The notes under the pieces are model-generated. The model was not told the DNA's origin. It saw nothing but the letters and a program-made list of their open reading frames with translations, and searched no databases. This document shows positions 19,171-27,392 of a stretch of DNA of 46,799 nucleotides, one piece after another. Position 1 is the stretch's first letter; each line of letters opens with the position of its first letter. A program made the position numbers and the translations under genes. Origin of the DNA: a virus (taxonomy: Duplodnaviria; Heunggongvirae; Uroviricota; Caudoviricetes); the IMG/VR virus record IMGVR_UViG_2703718778_000015; one strand, written 5' to 3'.

Positions 19171-21082
19171 TCACTCCTCCGGACAGCTTCGCTGCCAGTT
19201 CTTTAAGGGTTGGCCGGGTCGTCTCTTCTTCCCGGGATTTTGCCAGTACAGCCAGATCAAGTTGCCAGCGTTGCACGGACACACGTAATGCCGCGTAGGC
19301 ATACACCAGGCAGTCCAGCGCTTCGTTACGCCGCTTTTTGTTATCCCACAGCAGACGCATCTTTCCTTTTTCCCACTTCTCCACAAGCTCTTCCGCCACC
19401 AGTTGCTGCGCCTCTGTCTGCGAAAAAATCTCCGGATCATCAGGAAAACGGATGGCATACGACGTGGCTTCATCCGCAGGCGTGGGATCGGCTTTCATAC
19501 GGGCATAGAGAATTTCTTTTGCGGTGTCCGTCCCCACTTCGCACAGATACACGCCCCGCTGATTGCGGGTTTTTGGCATGGTGATCACCGGCTTGCCATA
19601 AACAGATGCACCTTTTACCGGCAGCACCCGGAAAACACCGTGTTTTTTTGACCTCTGATAGACAATTTCGCCATCGATCCCCCCGGTGTCCCAGCAGACA
19701 CGGGAAATGGTCATTTCGGTTCCGTCTGCATGGCGGTATTTTTTGTTGATCGCCACATCCACACGTAACAGCGTCTCTTCCTCATCGGGACGCCCCATAA
19801 TGATGATTTTATCCACCAGAAAGGCTTCCTCTCCCGGAGCCCATCCCCAGACATACATCTCAAAACGGTTTCGCTGCGAGTCAATGCCCGCCGTCAGATA
19901 AACCACCCGGGAAGGCACCGCAGCCGTGTAACGCACAACCTTATCCATCAGCACCTGGTGATCGAGTTTTTCGCCCACGGCCTCTTCCCAGGTCTCGCCC
20001 AGCGTGGTGTTCACAAATGTTTTCAGGCCGTTGGGATCTTTCAGTGCATCCAGCCAGTCATAGACAATCTGTACCCAGGTGGTGAACGGACTGTACGCCG
20101 TCCAGATATGGAATGTGATGGAGCGCGGCGGCGGAATTTCATTATCCGCGGCGCTGAAAAACGTCAGACCGTCGCGGGTCCACATGCCCGTGTTTTCACA
20201 GATCCACCGCCCGTTGCTCTGGTCAAGCTCAGACTGATGGATCACGCAGCCATGATGTTCACAGAGGTAGAAAACGCTTTCGGGGCTGTCCTTCTCCCAT
20301 TTAAGGCCAAAAGGCGTGGACTCATCGCCAAATTTCAGATACTGCGCCTCCCCACAGTGCGGGCAGGGCACATAAAAACGCATGAAATGCGCCGACTCGT
20401 TGGCCGCTTTTTCGATCTGGCAGGAGCCTTTTATTTTAGGCGTCGAGCCGCGAATGGATTTTGGCCATACCGAGCCCTCAATACGCTTATCCCCCAGCAG
20501 GGTTGGCGAGCCCTCTTTTTCGACATCCGGCTCGAACGAGGAAAGTTCGTCATAGCAGACCACGTCCACGGATTTTTCACGGTAGTTTTTGGCGGCAGCG
20601 CCGCCCAGGCACCAGAAGCCCACACCCGATGAAAAGCGTTTCAGCGTGATGGTATTATCACGATGTTTACGTCCCAGCCAGGGAGAAAGTTTTTTCAGGC
20701 AGGGAACATCGCGAATCGTCGCCTCCACGTGAGACTTCATAAAATCTTCAGCGGCAGAATCCGTGGGCTGAAAAAGCAGACTGTTTCGGGATTTATGCTC
20801 AATAAAATACCCGGCGACTCCCAGCAACATCTTTGTATAGCCAACACGGGCAGATTTAATCAGATTAACAGTCCGGATCTGATCATTCCCCATGCTGTTC
20901 ATGATGGCGATCTGGAACGGCAGCGTTTTCCATTCTCCCTCACCATATGAAGATTCTTTAGGCAGATAATAATTTTGATCAGCCCATTCAACTGGCGTCA
21001 CCGGCAATGCCCTTATCAGGGGCTGTAATGCTGTTGTGACAGCACTCATCATATTATTCAGTTGTTGCTCTGATATATTCAT
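19154..21082 (-). CDS. A: Terminase large subunit A
   Basis: Extensive match to lambda gpA as remembered (YYLPKES, KSARVGYxKMLLGV, KSVDVxxYDEL, GSVWPKSIRGSTPK, TxxIWTAYSPFTTWVQIV, WDxKKRRNEALDC). Start set at MNISEQ (about 21082), not the upstream ATG of the ORF track. Confidence 0.95.
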   Translation of the reverse strand: MNISEQQLNNMMSAVTTALQPLIRALPVTPVEWADQNYYLPKESSYGEGEWKTLPFQIAIMNSMGNDQIRTVNLIKSARVGYTKMLLGVAGYFIEHKSRNSLLFQPTDSAAEDFMKSHVEATIRDVPCLKKLSPWLGRKHRDNTITLKRFSSGVGFWCLGGAAAKNYREKSVDVVCYDELSSFEPDVEKEGSPTLLGDKRIEGSVWPKSIRGSTPKIKGSCQIEKAANESAHFMRFYVPCPHCGEAQYLKFGDESTPFGLKWEKDSPESVFYLCEHHGCVIHQSELDQSNGRWICENTGMWTRDGLTFFSAADNEIPPPRSITFHIWTAYSPFTTWVQIVYDWLDALKDPNGLKTFVNTTLGETWEEAVGEKLDHQVLMDKVVRYTAAVPSRVVYLTAGIDSQRNRFEMYVWGWAPGEEAFLVDKIIIMGRPDEEETLLRVDVAINKKYRHADGTEMTISRVCWDTGGIDGEIVYQRSKKHGVFRVLPVKGASVYGKPVITMPKTRNQRGVYLCEVGTDTAKEILYARMKADPTPADEATSYAIRFPDDPEIFSQTEAQQLVAEELVEKWEKGKMRLLWDNKKRRNEALDCLVYAYAALRVSVQRWQLDLAVLAKSREEETTRPTLKELAAKLSGGVNGYSR

Positions 21083-21563
21083 CGAGTAAATCCGGTAATT
21101 TATCCCCCGCCCGCGCACACTGATTTGCCCCCTTCGCAATAAGGGTTTTCAGATGGTCAAGATGGCGCGGTGTTAAATCAGGAAACTGTCGCTGCATGGA
21201 TAAAGGGATGGAATCAAGCGTACTGGATAACGCCATTGCCAGCTTGCTGAGGGCAAAAATACAGAACCCGGTGTCAATAAGTTTTCCTTTTGACACCTCA
21301 TTTTTTAACTGCTGTGTAACAGCCTGTTCTGCTGTCAGTTCCCATCTGGCAATAAGCAATTTCTCCTCATAGTCGTCTTCGCTATCGCCATCAGGCACAT
21401 CGTTTTTACTTCTTCTCAGATACGATATGTAAAAATCGCGCCAGGCATCCAGATCCAGTTGCCCTCGCTTATTCGATATCGGGGCACCCGGCAATTTCTG
21501 CAATCTGCGAAGCTGGCGATCGGTCAGACTTAAATGCCTGGCAACTTCAGTCTGCGTAGCCAC
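21054..21563 (-). CDS. nu1: Terminase small subunit Nu1
   Basis: 169 aa; C-terminal half matches lambda Nu1 as remembered (TxFCxFxLSxxAxxxSxLDxxPLSxQRxFPxLxxRHxDxLK); N-terminal HTH; overlaps the A start as in lambda. Confidence 0.88.
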   Translation of the reverse strand: MATQTEVARHLSLTDRQLRRLQKLPGAPISNKRGQLDLDAWRDFYISYLRRSKNDVPDGDSEDDYEEKLLIARWELTAEQAVTQQLKNEVSKGKLIDTGFCIFALSKLAMALSSTLDSIPLSMQRQFPDLTPRHLDHLKTLIAKGANQCARAGDKLPDLLDEYIRATTE

Positions 21564-21746
21564 TCCTCACCTCGCAAAAACTCTCACCTCACAATCACAA
21601 CAAAACCGGTCATGTCCGGTTTTAGTGTCTATTTTTTGCGCATGTCCGGTTCATGGAAAGCATGTTTTTATATTTTTCATATGGTTAACTTGCATAGAAA
21701 CCGGACATGGATCCCGGAAAATTTTCATAAATAGTGAAAATCCGCG
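21564..21746 (-). promoter_or_regulatory. cosB region (terminase small-subunit and IHF binding region) between cosN and nu1
   Basis: Position between cosN and the Nu1 start, as in lambda; individual R and I1 sites were not mapped. Confidence 0.6.
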
Positions 21747-21758
21747 AGGTCGCCGCCC
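21747..21758 (-). other. cosN: 12-nt cohesive-end site (GGGCGGCGACCT on the minus strand)
   Basis: Plus strand aggtcgccgccc. Flanks match both lambda genome ends as remembered: minus-strand GCGGGTCCTTTCCGG.GATCCG...GTTACG before it and CTCGCGG.TTTTC.CTATTTATGAAAATTTTCCGG after it. Confidence 0.85.
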
Positions 21759-22018
21759 CGTAACGGCCCGGATCGCCGGAAAGGACCCGCGAAAATGATA
21801 ATGGTTATCAGTTGCAACAAAATCCAGTTTCTTCCACCATCGCACCGGACCAGCGACCATGAGGGGACAACGCCGCGCTCCGTTAACGCGGTAAACCCCG
21901 GTGTGTATCGTTTTTGATTATCCCCGCACACTCGCGCAGAGGAGTCTCCCTGTCGGGCTGCGGCCTCTGTTAATACGGGAATACGGCGACAATACCGCGC
22001 CATGGATAATAAGGTCGC

Positions 22019-22243
22019 TCAACACACTGGCTGTAATGCAGCCGATACCATGCGGCATTTAGCGGCATTCACAGCACACTCCACGGTTAGCTCTTCATTC
22101 GAGGCATCCACCCGAAAGACCCGGGAGTATGATTGCGTACATTTACCACTGAACGTACCTTCAACAAGAACACGACCAGGCTGCAAAACACGGAACGGAA
22201 TTGTTCCCTGAAAAGGCTTTACGGTTACCAGTAATTTCTTCAT
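22019..22243 (-). CDS. Hypothetical protein (74 aa) between Rz and cos
   Basis: ORF with GGAGGA upstream of the ATG; no recognisable motif; does not resemble lambda Bor as remembered. Confidence 0.35.
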   Translation of the reverse strand: MKKLLVTVKPFQGTIPFRVLQPGRVLVEGTFSGKCTQSYSRVFRVDASNEELTVECAVNAAKCRMVSAALQPVC

Positions 22244-22266
22244 ATATCCTCCGGATAATAAAAAGA

Positions 22267-22743
22267 CTACTTAATGCACTGAGTACGGATATATTCCTGC
22301 GCCCCTTCCAGTTGCTTCTGCATCGTCATCAGCCGCTCTCTGAGGGTGAAATAATCCCGTGTAACGGTGTCTGCCAGTTGGGGGCCGGTTGCATTATCCA
22401 CGCGGGCGGTGCCGGTGGCTTCACGCACGGGACCTGGACAGGTGGCGTTGATACGCAGGCGCTTACGACCAGCGGCAACATCAGCACGCAGAGTTTCATT
22501 TTCAGCTCTCGCATCGGCTAATTCCCTCGAGTATTTTGCATCGAGCGCAGCAACATCACGCTGGCGCACCTGCATGTCAGTAATGGTGGCATTCGCCTGT
22601 TCCAGCTCTCTGGCTTTTTTATCGCGCTGCGCTTTGTAGGTGATGGCGTTATCGCGGTAATGATTCAGCCCCAGACTAAGCGCACCACAGACCACCAGCA
22701 GAATAACAGTAAACGCGGAAAGAATTCGGTTTATGCTCACCAT
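22267..22743 (-). CDS. Rz: Spanin, inner-membrane subunit Rz
   Basis: 158 aa; close match to lambda Rz as remembered (NHYRDNAITYKAQRDK, MQxRQRDVAALDAKY, RDYFTLRERLxTMQKQLEG). Confidence 0.92.
   Translation of the reverse strand: MVSINRILSAFTVILLVVCGALSLGLNHYRDNAITYKAQRDKKARELEQANATITDMQVRQRDVAALDAKYSRELADARAENETLRADVAAGRKRLRINATCPGPVREATGTARVDNATGPQLADTVTRDYFTLRERLMTMQKQLEGAQEYIRTQCIK
22329..22514 (-). CDS. Rz1: Spanin, outer-membrane lipoprotein subunit Rz1, embedded in the +1 frame of Rz
   Basis: 61 aa; lipobox LVVSAC and Pro-rich core (CVKPPAPPAWIMQPAPNWQTPLHGIISPSE) closely resembling lambda Rz1 as remembered. Confidence 0.88.
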   Translation of the reverse strand: MRELKMKLCVLMLPLVVSACVSTPPVQVPCVKPPAPPAWIMQPAPNWQTPLHGIISPSESG

Positions 22744-22751
22744 GCCCCCTG

Positions 22752-23519
22752 TCAGAAATTGCAGATTATCAGCTCGCTGACACTGCTTGTCTTACCACGT
22801 GGTACAGTATAACGATGAGCAACATGATGAATATTCATCCCCTCAAACAATCGTCTCATTTCCTGCGAATCGTTCAGGGATATAATCATTTTGCCTTTTA
22901 TTGTGCGGGCAAGTTCTGCCATGCGCTCATAATTGCAGAATGAAAAATCAATGCCGTAACCACCATCCAACCAATACGGAGGATCGCAGTAAAACAGCGT
23001 TGTCGGGCGGTCATACCGTGCGATACAGACCTCCCAGTCAAGGTGTTCAATAGTTGCCCGCGCCAGCCGATCACGGGCTTCCTGCAATAACTGCTCTGTA
23101 TTCCCGGGGATTATCTGCGGTCTGTGAGTTTTAACTCCAAATGCCCGACTGTATGCTCTTCCGCCATACGCGCACTTCTGGATAAAAAAGAAACGGACAG
23201 CCCGCTGGATATCCGTCATGTACTCCGTGTGCTGATTTATCACCTCATTCCACATCTCACGACTGGCGAGCATCCACTGAAACTGGCGGGAAAATTCCTC
23301 CTGGTGGTACTTCACCACACGGTAGAGATTAACGATATCACTGTTTATATCGTTGATGATTTCAGCGCAGCTCGGTTTTTTCATAAAGAACAGTGCCGCA
23401 CCGCCACAGAACGGTTCCACATACAGAGTGTGCTCAGGAAATAACGGCAGAATATGTTTTGCCAGACGACGCTTCCCTCCTAACCACGGGAGAAACGGTT
23501 TTGCAGAGTTATTATTCAT
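22752..23519 (-). CDS. DNA N6-adenine methyltransferase (Dam-like, D12 class), orphan
   Basis: 255 aa; motif I FCGGAALFF and catalytic DPPY (YCDPPYWLDGGYG); no adjacent restriction endonuclease candidate. Confidence 0.85.
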   Translation of the reverse strand: MNNNSAKPFLPWLGGKRRLAKHILPLFPEHTLYVEPFCGGAALFFMKKPSCAEIINDINSDIVNLYRVVKYHQEEFSRQFQWMLASREMWNEVINQHTEYMTDIQRAVRFFFIQKCAYGGRAYSRAFGVKTHRPQIIPGNTEQLLQEARDRLARATIEHLDWEVCIARYDRPTTLFYCDPPYWLDGGYGIDFSFCNYERMAELARTIKGKMIISLNDSQEMRRLFEGMNIHHVAHRYTVPRGKTSSVSELIICNF

Positions 23520-23788
23520 TTCACCACCAGCGGATTTCCCGGATTAGAACCGCAATTGCCACAATGCGAATGGCAAATGCCGTTGCCCGAATAAATTCAG
23601 TACTCATCTGTTTAAATAAATTGTCGTCATCAGTCACTGTCACCCCACCAGCCCTGCCGAAGTCAACGCCATCCAGGCTATGGAAAGAAAAAGAGCAACC
23701 ATCATTAGCGAAAATGAAACGCCGACAATCACACAGATGGTCTTCGCCAGCGTTATGAGTTTGCCTGATATCATTAGACGCCACTCCA

Positions 23789-24358
23789 TCAATCCGTCTT
23801 TGTGATTTTTCCTTTGCCTGTATCAGCCAGGACAAAACCAATCAGCAGATTCGCTTCGTTTATCAACGTGCGAATTTTTGATACATGCGCGGCTTTAACC
23901 AGTTTCCATTCGTTTAACCCTGTACCAAACAGACTGGCAATGTTTTTATCCCGTTTCATGTCAGCGCATGCCTGGTTGAGTTCTTCCATCACGCTCATTT
24001 GACGAGGATTAACGACAAAACCCTTCGTCCAGTATTCATAGAGAACATCGTCGCACTCTTCCTGATACTGGATAACCTTGTCGCGGATTCCGGGTTTTAC
24101 TTTGTTGGGATTGATGGTTTGTAACCAGCCTGCAAGTTTTCGAAGTGGCAGGGACACCATATTGCGTCGTTTCCCGTCCTCAGCAACCATAACGATTTCC
24201 GTTATAGTTGACGCAAAACGCTGTCTTAACTTAGCCAACTGTGATTGCCAGGCCAGCCCCATCCCCGCAACGACAGGTTTCATGGGAACGTATGGTTCGC
24301 CGTTATGGTTAACCACATAAAGAGAATCGCCGTGAAACGGCACGGTTATCATATTCAT
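23789..24358 (-). CDS. Putative antirepressor (Ant-like N-terminal domain protein)
   Basis: 189 aa; the N-terminus (ITVPFHGDSLYVVNHNGEPYVPMKPVVAGMGLAWQSQ) resembles the AntA/AntB-type N-terminal domain of phage antirepressors as I remember it; sits between R and Rz. Confidence 0.6.
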   Translation of the reverse strand: MNMITVPFHGDSLYVVNHNGEPYVPMKPVVAGMGLAWQSQLAKLRQRFASTITEIVMVAEDGKRRNMVSLPLRKLAGWLQTINPNKVKPGIRDKVIQYQEECDDVLYEYWTKGFVVNPRQMSVMEELNQACADMKRDKNIASLFGTGLNEWKLVKAAHVSKIRTLINEANLLIGFVLADTGKGKITKTD

Positions 24359-24631
24359 CGGTTATTTCCTTTTAGTGATGAACCCTGCGCACAGGAATAA
24401 CCAGCCCAAAGAGGGTTAACCAGACCACTGCCGGTTATCCACCAGGGCTCATCCTGAAAGGTTCTTTGGTTTATTTACGCTTGTGCGAAGCGCAGAAATG
24501 CCAAAGGCACCATTACGGTGCCTCTGCGTGAAACAATGTTCCTGACTTTATTCACTTAGGTTTTGCCAGTTCGCAGGATTTCGTGTTATCCGTCCGCGTT
24601 GGTCAACGTCATTTTTCAGCAAAATATTCTG

Positions 24632-25165
24632 CTACCTGTCGATACCCCAGCATGCCAGCGCACTCTCCTGGTCGCGACGGGATACCTGACCGTAGCAATT
24701 ATTTGAGCGAATACGGCAGTCTCTGCCACCGTCCTTAATCCACCAGCGAATCGCTTCGCAGGCACCTTTTCGATCGCCTGCATTAATTCGTTTATAAAAC
24801 GTCGACGGGAAACACTTACCGGGGCCAATGTTGTAAGGACAGAATGACGCAATTCCCGCTTTCTGGGGTTCGGTCAGCGGCACTCTGATGTTTTTCTCCA
24901 CCCACGCCAGCGCTTTATCACGCTCAATGGCGTTAACCTGGTCGCATTTTTCCTTCGACAGTTTCATGCCAGGAACAACAGGTTTGCCATCCACCACCGT
25001 GGCACCCCGGCAGATGGTCCATATACCAGAACCATCACGGTATGCTGTGGTGTGGTTACCTTCTTTTTCATCCAGAAACTGGTCGAGAATATCAGGCGCA
25101 GGCGCCCCTGCGGCAATCAGCGCCAGAACGGCAGCCGACAGGCCGTATTTGATTTTGGTGTTCAT
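24632..25165 (-). CDS. R: SAR endolysin R (T4-lysozyme-like muramidase with signal-anchor-release N-terminus)
   Basis: 177 aa; Gly/Ala-rich weakly hydrophobic N-terminus (YGLSAAVLALIAAGAPAP) followed by the E-x8-D-x5-T catalytic triad (EGNHTTAYRDGSGIWTICRG). Confidence 0.88.
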   Translation of the reverse strand: MNTKIKYGLSAAVLALIAAGAPAPDILDQFLDEKEGNHTTAYRDGSGIWTICRGATVVDGKPVVPGMKLSKEKCDQVNAIERDKALAWVEKNIRVPLTEPQKAGIASFCPYNIGPGKCFPSTFYKRINAGDRKGACEAIRWWIKDGGRDCRIRSNNCYGQVSRRDQESALACWGIDR

Positions 25166-25296
25166 GGATATTTATCAGGATTTATCGGTTCCGAATCCCT
25201 GGATATGTTAAGCCTTCACCCCACCAGTGGTGGGCACTGGCGGGTTCTTAATTTCCCCGGATGATCGTGGATTACATTCCACCAGGAGATTACTTA

Positions 25297-25928
25297 TGCT
25301 TATCTATCCAGCGGCAGACCTCCGTTTACAGGGACGCAGAGCACAACCATGGGATAAAACAACCACTCATAAATATCGTCCCGGTCAATATTATGACTTT
25401 CGTAAACACCCGGAACTGATCGAGACACACCTTGAGGATTTTGTTGAATATTCAGACAGACAAGCGATTCAGACCTTTTTTTCTTTTGTTAAGTGGATCA
25501 ACAGCAATTCATCTGCATTCGAGAGCACGGACTGCATGTTTTCAGGAACACCAAAGGTTGATGAATACGCCCCGGTATTTGGTTGCACCCATGCGTCATC
25601 TGGCCGCTTCGAATTTTTGTTTCGCGATACGAAAATAAACCAAAATGAGCGAGCTGTCGGATGGGTACTTAACAAACTATCGCTCTACCTTCAGAAAGAA
25701 CGGCCCGATTTTTGTAAAGGAACCTTTGGCATCGTTCCCCTCATGACGGAATATACCGACTCCGGCAGTAACGAGTTCACCGGTTATCGTATTTGTGTCT
25801 ATTTCGATGCTTACGGGAATGGAACAGAGGATACCTGGACTTCTCTCAACATCATGTTTGATGGCCTCATGAAAGCCACCAAAAGAATGAGCAATGAAAC
25901 AATCACTGGCGAGATGCGTCCCCTTTAA
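25297..25928 (+). CDS. Hypothetical protein (about 210 aa), plus strand, in low-GC insertion between S and R
   Basis: Long ORF with AGGAGA RBS 6 nt upstream of the ATG; no recognisable motif; its 3' end overlaps the convergent ORF at 25677-26468 by about 250 bp. Confidence 0.4.
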
Positions 25929-26468
25929 AAAATTATCCAGAATTTCACTATTTGCAGAGCGCTCTCTGTTTTTTTGAATACGGAAACACTCTGCGAGATT
26001 TCTGCTCATCACTTTCCGGCAATAATCGTAAAACGCCGCGAACTGCTCATCACGGCGTTTTTTTTCACCTTCGGAAGGGATCTGCACCGACAGTTTTTTA
26101 TTCAGTTCAACGACGCTGTTCTCCAGTTTTTCAATGCGTGATTCGATATCATCTTTTTCTGACTGTATCGTGTTATATGCATTGTTAATTTGTATGGTAT
26201 ACCGCTCTTCTGAACAAAGGCGCTTTTCCGGCAACGGTTCGTTCCCTTCACATAACCCGGCAGCAATATCCATGAAAAACTGCTTCGCCTTCTTTTTCGC
26301 CTCAGCTTCGTAAAACTCCAGCGGGGCACCTTCAACACGATCAAGATCAATCACCACATTTGGCAACAACAGTGACGTATACCCACCAGTTTCCAGCGCC
26401 ACAGTAACAGTAATCTTATCCGGGTAAATATTTATCCCTTTAACAACCAGTTCGTATTGTTTATTCAT
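25677..26468 (-). CDS. Hypothetical protein (263 aa) immediately downstream of holin S
   Basis: ATG 3 nt after the S stop with a GGGAGAG RBS; predicted coiled-coil centre (IESRIEKLENSVVELNKKL); low-GC region; no recognisable catalytic motif. Confidence 0.5.
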   Translation of the reverse strand: MNKQYELVVKGINIYPDKITVTVALETGGYTSLLLPNVVIDLDRVEGAPLEFYEAEAKKKAKQFFMDIAAGLCEGNEPLPEKRLCSEERYTIQINNAYNTIQSEKDDIESRIEKLENSVVELNKKLSVQIPSEGEKKRRDEQFAAFYDYCRKVMSRNLAECFRIQKNRERSANSEILDNFLKGTHLASDCFIAHSFGGFHEAIKHDVERSPGILCSIPVSIEIDTNTITGELVTAGVGIFRHEGNDAKGSFTKIGPFFLKVER

Positions 26469-26471
26469 CGT

Positions 26472-26687
26472 CTACTCTCCCCGCGCCGCCTTACGCCGGT
26501 CTTCTTTAATTTTGAAATACAGGTTCGTCAGATATGTCAGCAGACCAAACAGCAGACTCCCCAGCACGCCTATTGCCGCCCACTGAGACGGGGAAACCCT
26601 GTCCAGCAACTGCAGGAACCAGTAGCCCGTTCCCACCGCTGACGTGGTGTATGACACACCTGTTGTGATTTTTTCCATCTGGTACAT
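26472..26687 (-). CDS. S: Pinholin S (phage 21 S21-type), dual-start motif
   Basis: 71 aa; near-identical over most of the length to S21 as remembered ([25 protein letters not shown]...[22 protein letters not shown]); Met1 and Met4 (MYQM) give the antiholin/holin dual start. Confidence 0.9.
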   Translation of the reverse strand: MYQMEKITTGVSYTTSAVGTGYWFLQLLDRVSPSQWAAIGVLGSLLFGLLTYLTNLYFKIKEDRRKAARGE

Positions 26688-26762
26688 ACCCCGTCTCCCG
26701 CAATCCGGAAGCTCACAACAACAAGTGGGGCATCAGCTCACACCGACACCCCCTGCGCATGG

Positions 26763-27033
26763 TTACATCATCATTTCGCCGTCAGGCTGAGGCTCTTCAC
26801 TACCGTCAGGCTGAGACCCGACGCCATCTGAAACAGCACTGTCATCCGCAATGCCTTCCGGCTCCGGAACAGTCGGTGCGCCCAGCAGTTCATCCAGAAT
26901 GGCATCCACTTCTGCATCAAGACGCGCCTCAAGGTTCTGCCGAAGTTGCTGTTTCAGTGCGCTTCTGACTTCTTCAGAGCGCAGGACTTCCTTCACTGCC
27001 TCAGCAGTGACCAGCGATTTTATTTCTGACATA
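26763..27033 (-). CDS. Hypothetical acidic protein (about 90 aa)
   Basis: ORF from the internal Met (MSEIKSLV...); the longer ORF-track start overlaps the upstream gene; acidic C-terminus. Confidence 0.4.
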
Positions 27034-27057
27034 GGATTTTCTCGTTGAAAGGGGTTA

Positions 27058-27252
27058 TTAAGAAGGTTGTTCCGGAATGAGTGGGGCTTCTGTTTTTGCT
27101 CCGGCTGACTGACTGGCGCTGATTTTCTCTGCGGCCCTTTTATCAATCTGCCTGCGCCAGGAATCGCGCACTGCCCTGTACCCACCCGAAAGAAGATACA
27201 GCACACAGACCGCCGTACAGAAGTACAGCATCACCTGATGAATAAATGTCAT
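27058..27252 (-). CDS. Hypothetical small membrane protein (64 aa)
   Basis: N-terminal hydrophobic helix (VMLYFCTAVCVLYLL); function unknown. Confidence 0.35.
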   Translation of the reverse strand: MTFIHQVMLYFCTAVCVLYLLSGGYRAVRDSWRRQIDKRAAEKISASQSAGAKTEAPLIPEQPS

Positions 27253-27270
27253 AGTTTCTTACCGTTATGG

Positions 27271-27299
27271 TTGACAATGAGAACTGTTTTCATTTAAAA
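27271..27299 (+). promoter_or_regulatory. Sigma70-like promoter with perfect -35 (TTGACA, 17-bp spacer, TTAAAA/TAAAAA -10)
   Basis: Direct reading: ttgacaatgagaactgttttcatttaaaaa, in the intergenic gap between nanS-p and the 64-aa ORF. Confidence 0.4.
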
Positions 27300-27305
27300 A
27301 ACCAA

Positions 27306-27387
27306 TGTACGAAAGCATCTTTTCTTTACATTCTCCATTGGGATTACCTCCGCCAGCTTCCGTTCCTGCCGCTGGCGGTTTTTTTTT
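27306..27387 (+). ncRNA. Candidate small RNA of about 80 nt (promoter to intrinsic terminator), antisense orientation relative to the late operon
   Basis: Promoter above plus the terminator at 27349-27387; no ORF in the interval. Confidence 0.35.
27349..27387 (+). terminator. Intrinsic terminator on the plus strand
   Basis: ccgccagc-ttccgttcctgcc-gctggcgg followed by T9; no T-tract on the minus-strand side. Confidence 0.6.
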
Positions 27388-27392
27388 GCCGG

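Noticed and set aside
21725-22003. 92-aa minus-strand ORF spanning cosN
   Set aside because: Overlaps the cos site and has Arg-rich spurious-frame composition; no start context.
21760-22260. bor or lom-type virulence morons near the end of the lysis region or in the tail region
   Set aside because: Neither strand encodes a protein resembling lambda Bor (lipoprotein signal absent) and no lom-like outer-membrane protein gene lies between J and stf.
23521-23841. 106-aa minus-strand ORF between ant and the methyltransferase gene
   Set aside because: Its 5' end overlaps the 3' end of ant and the composition is odd; a shorter real gene in the 270-bp gap cannot be excluded, but nothing is supportable.
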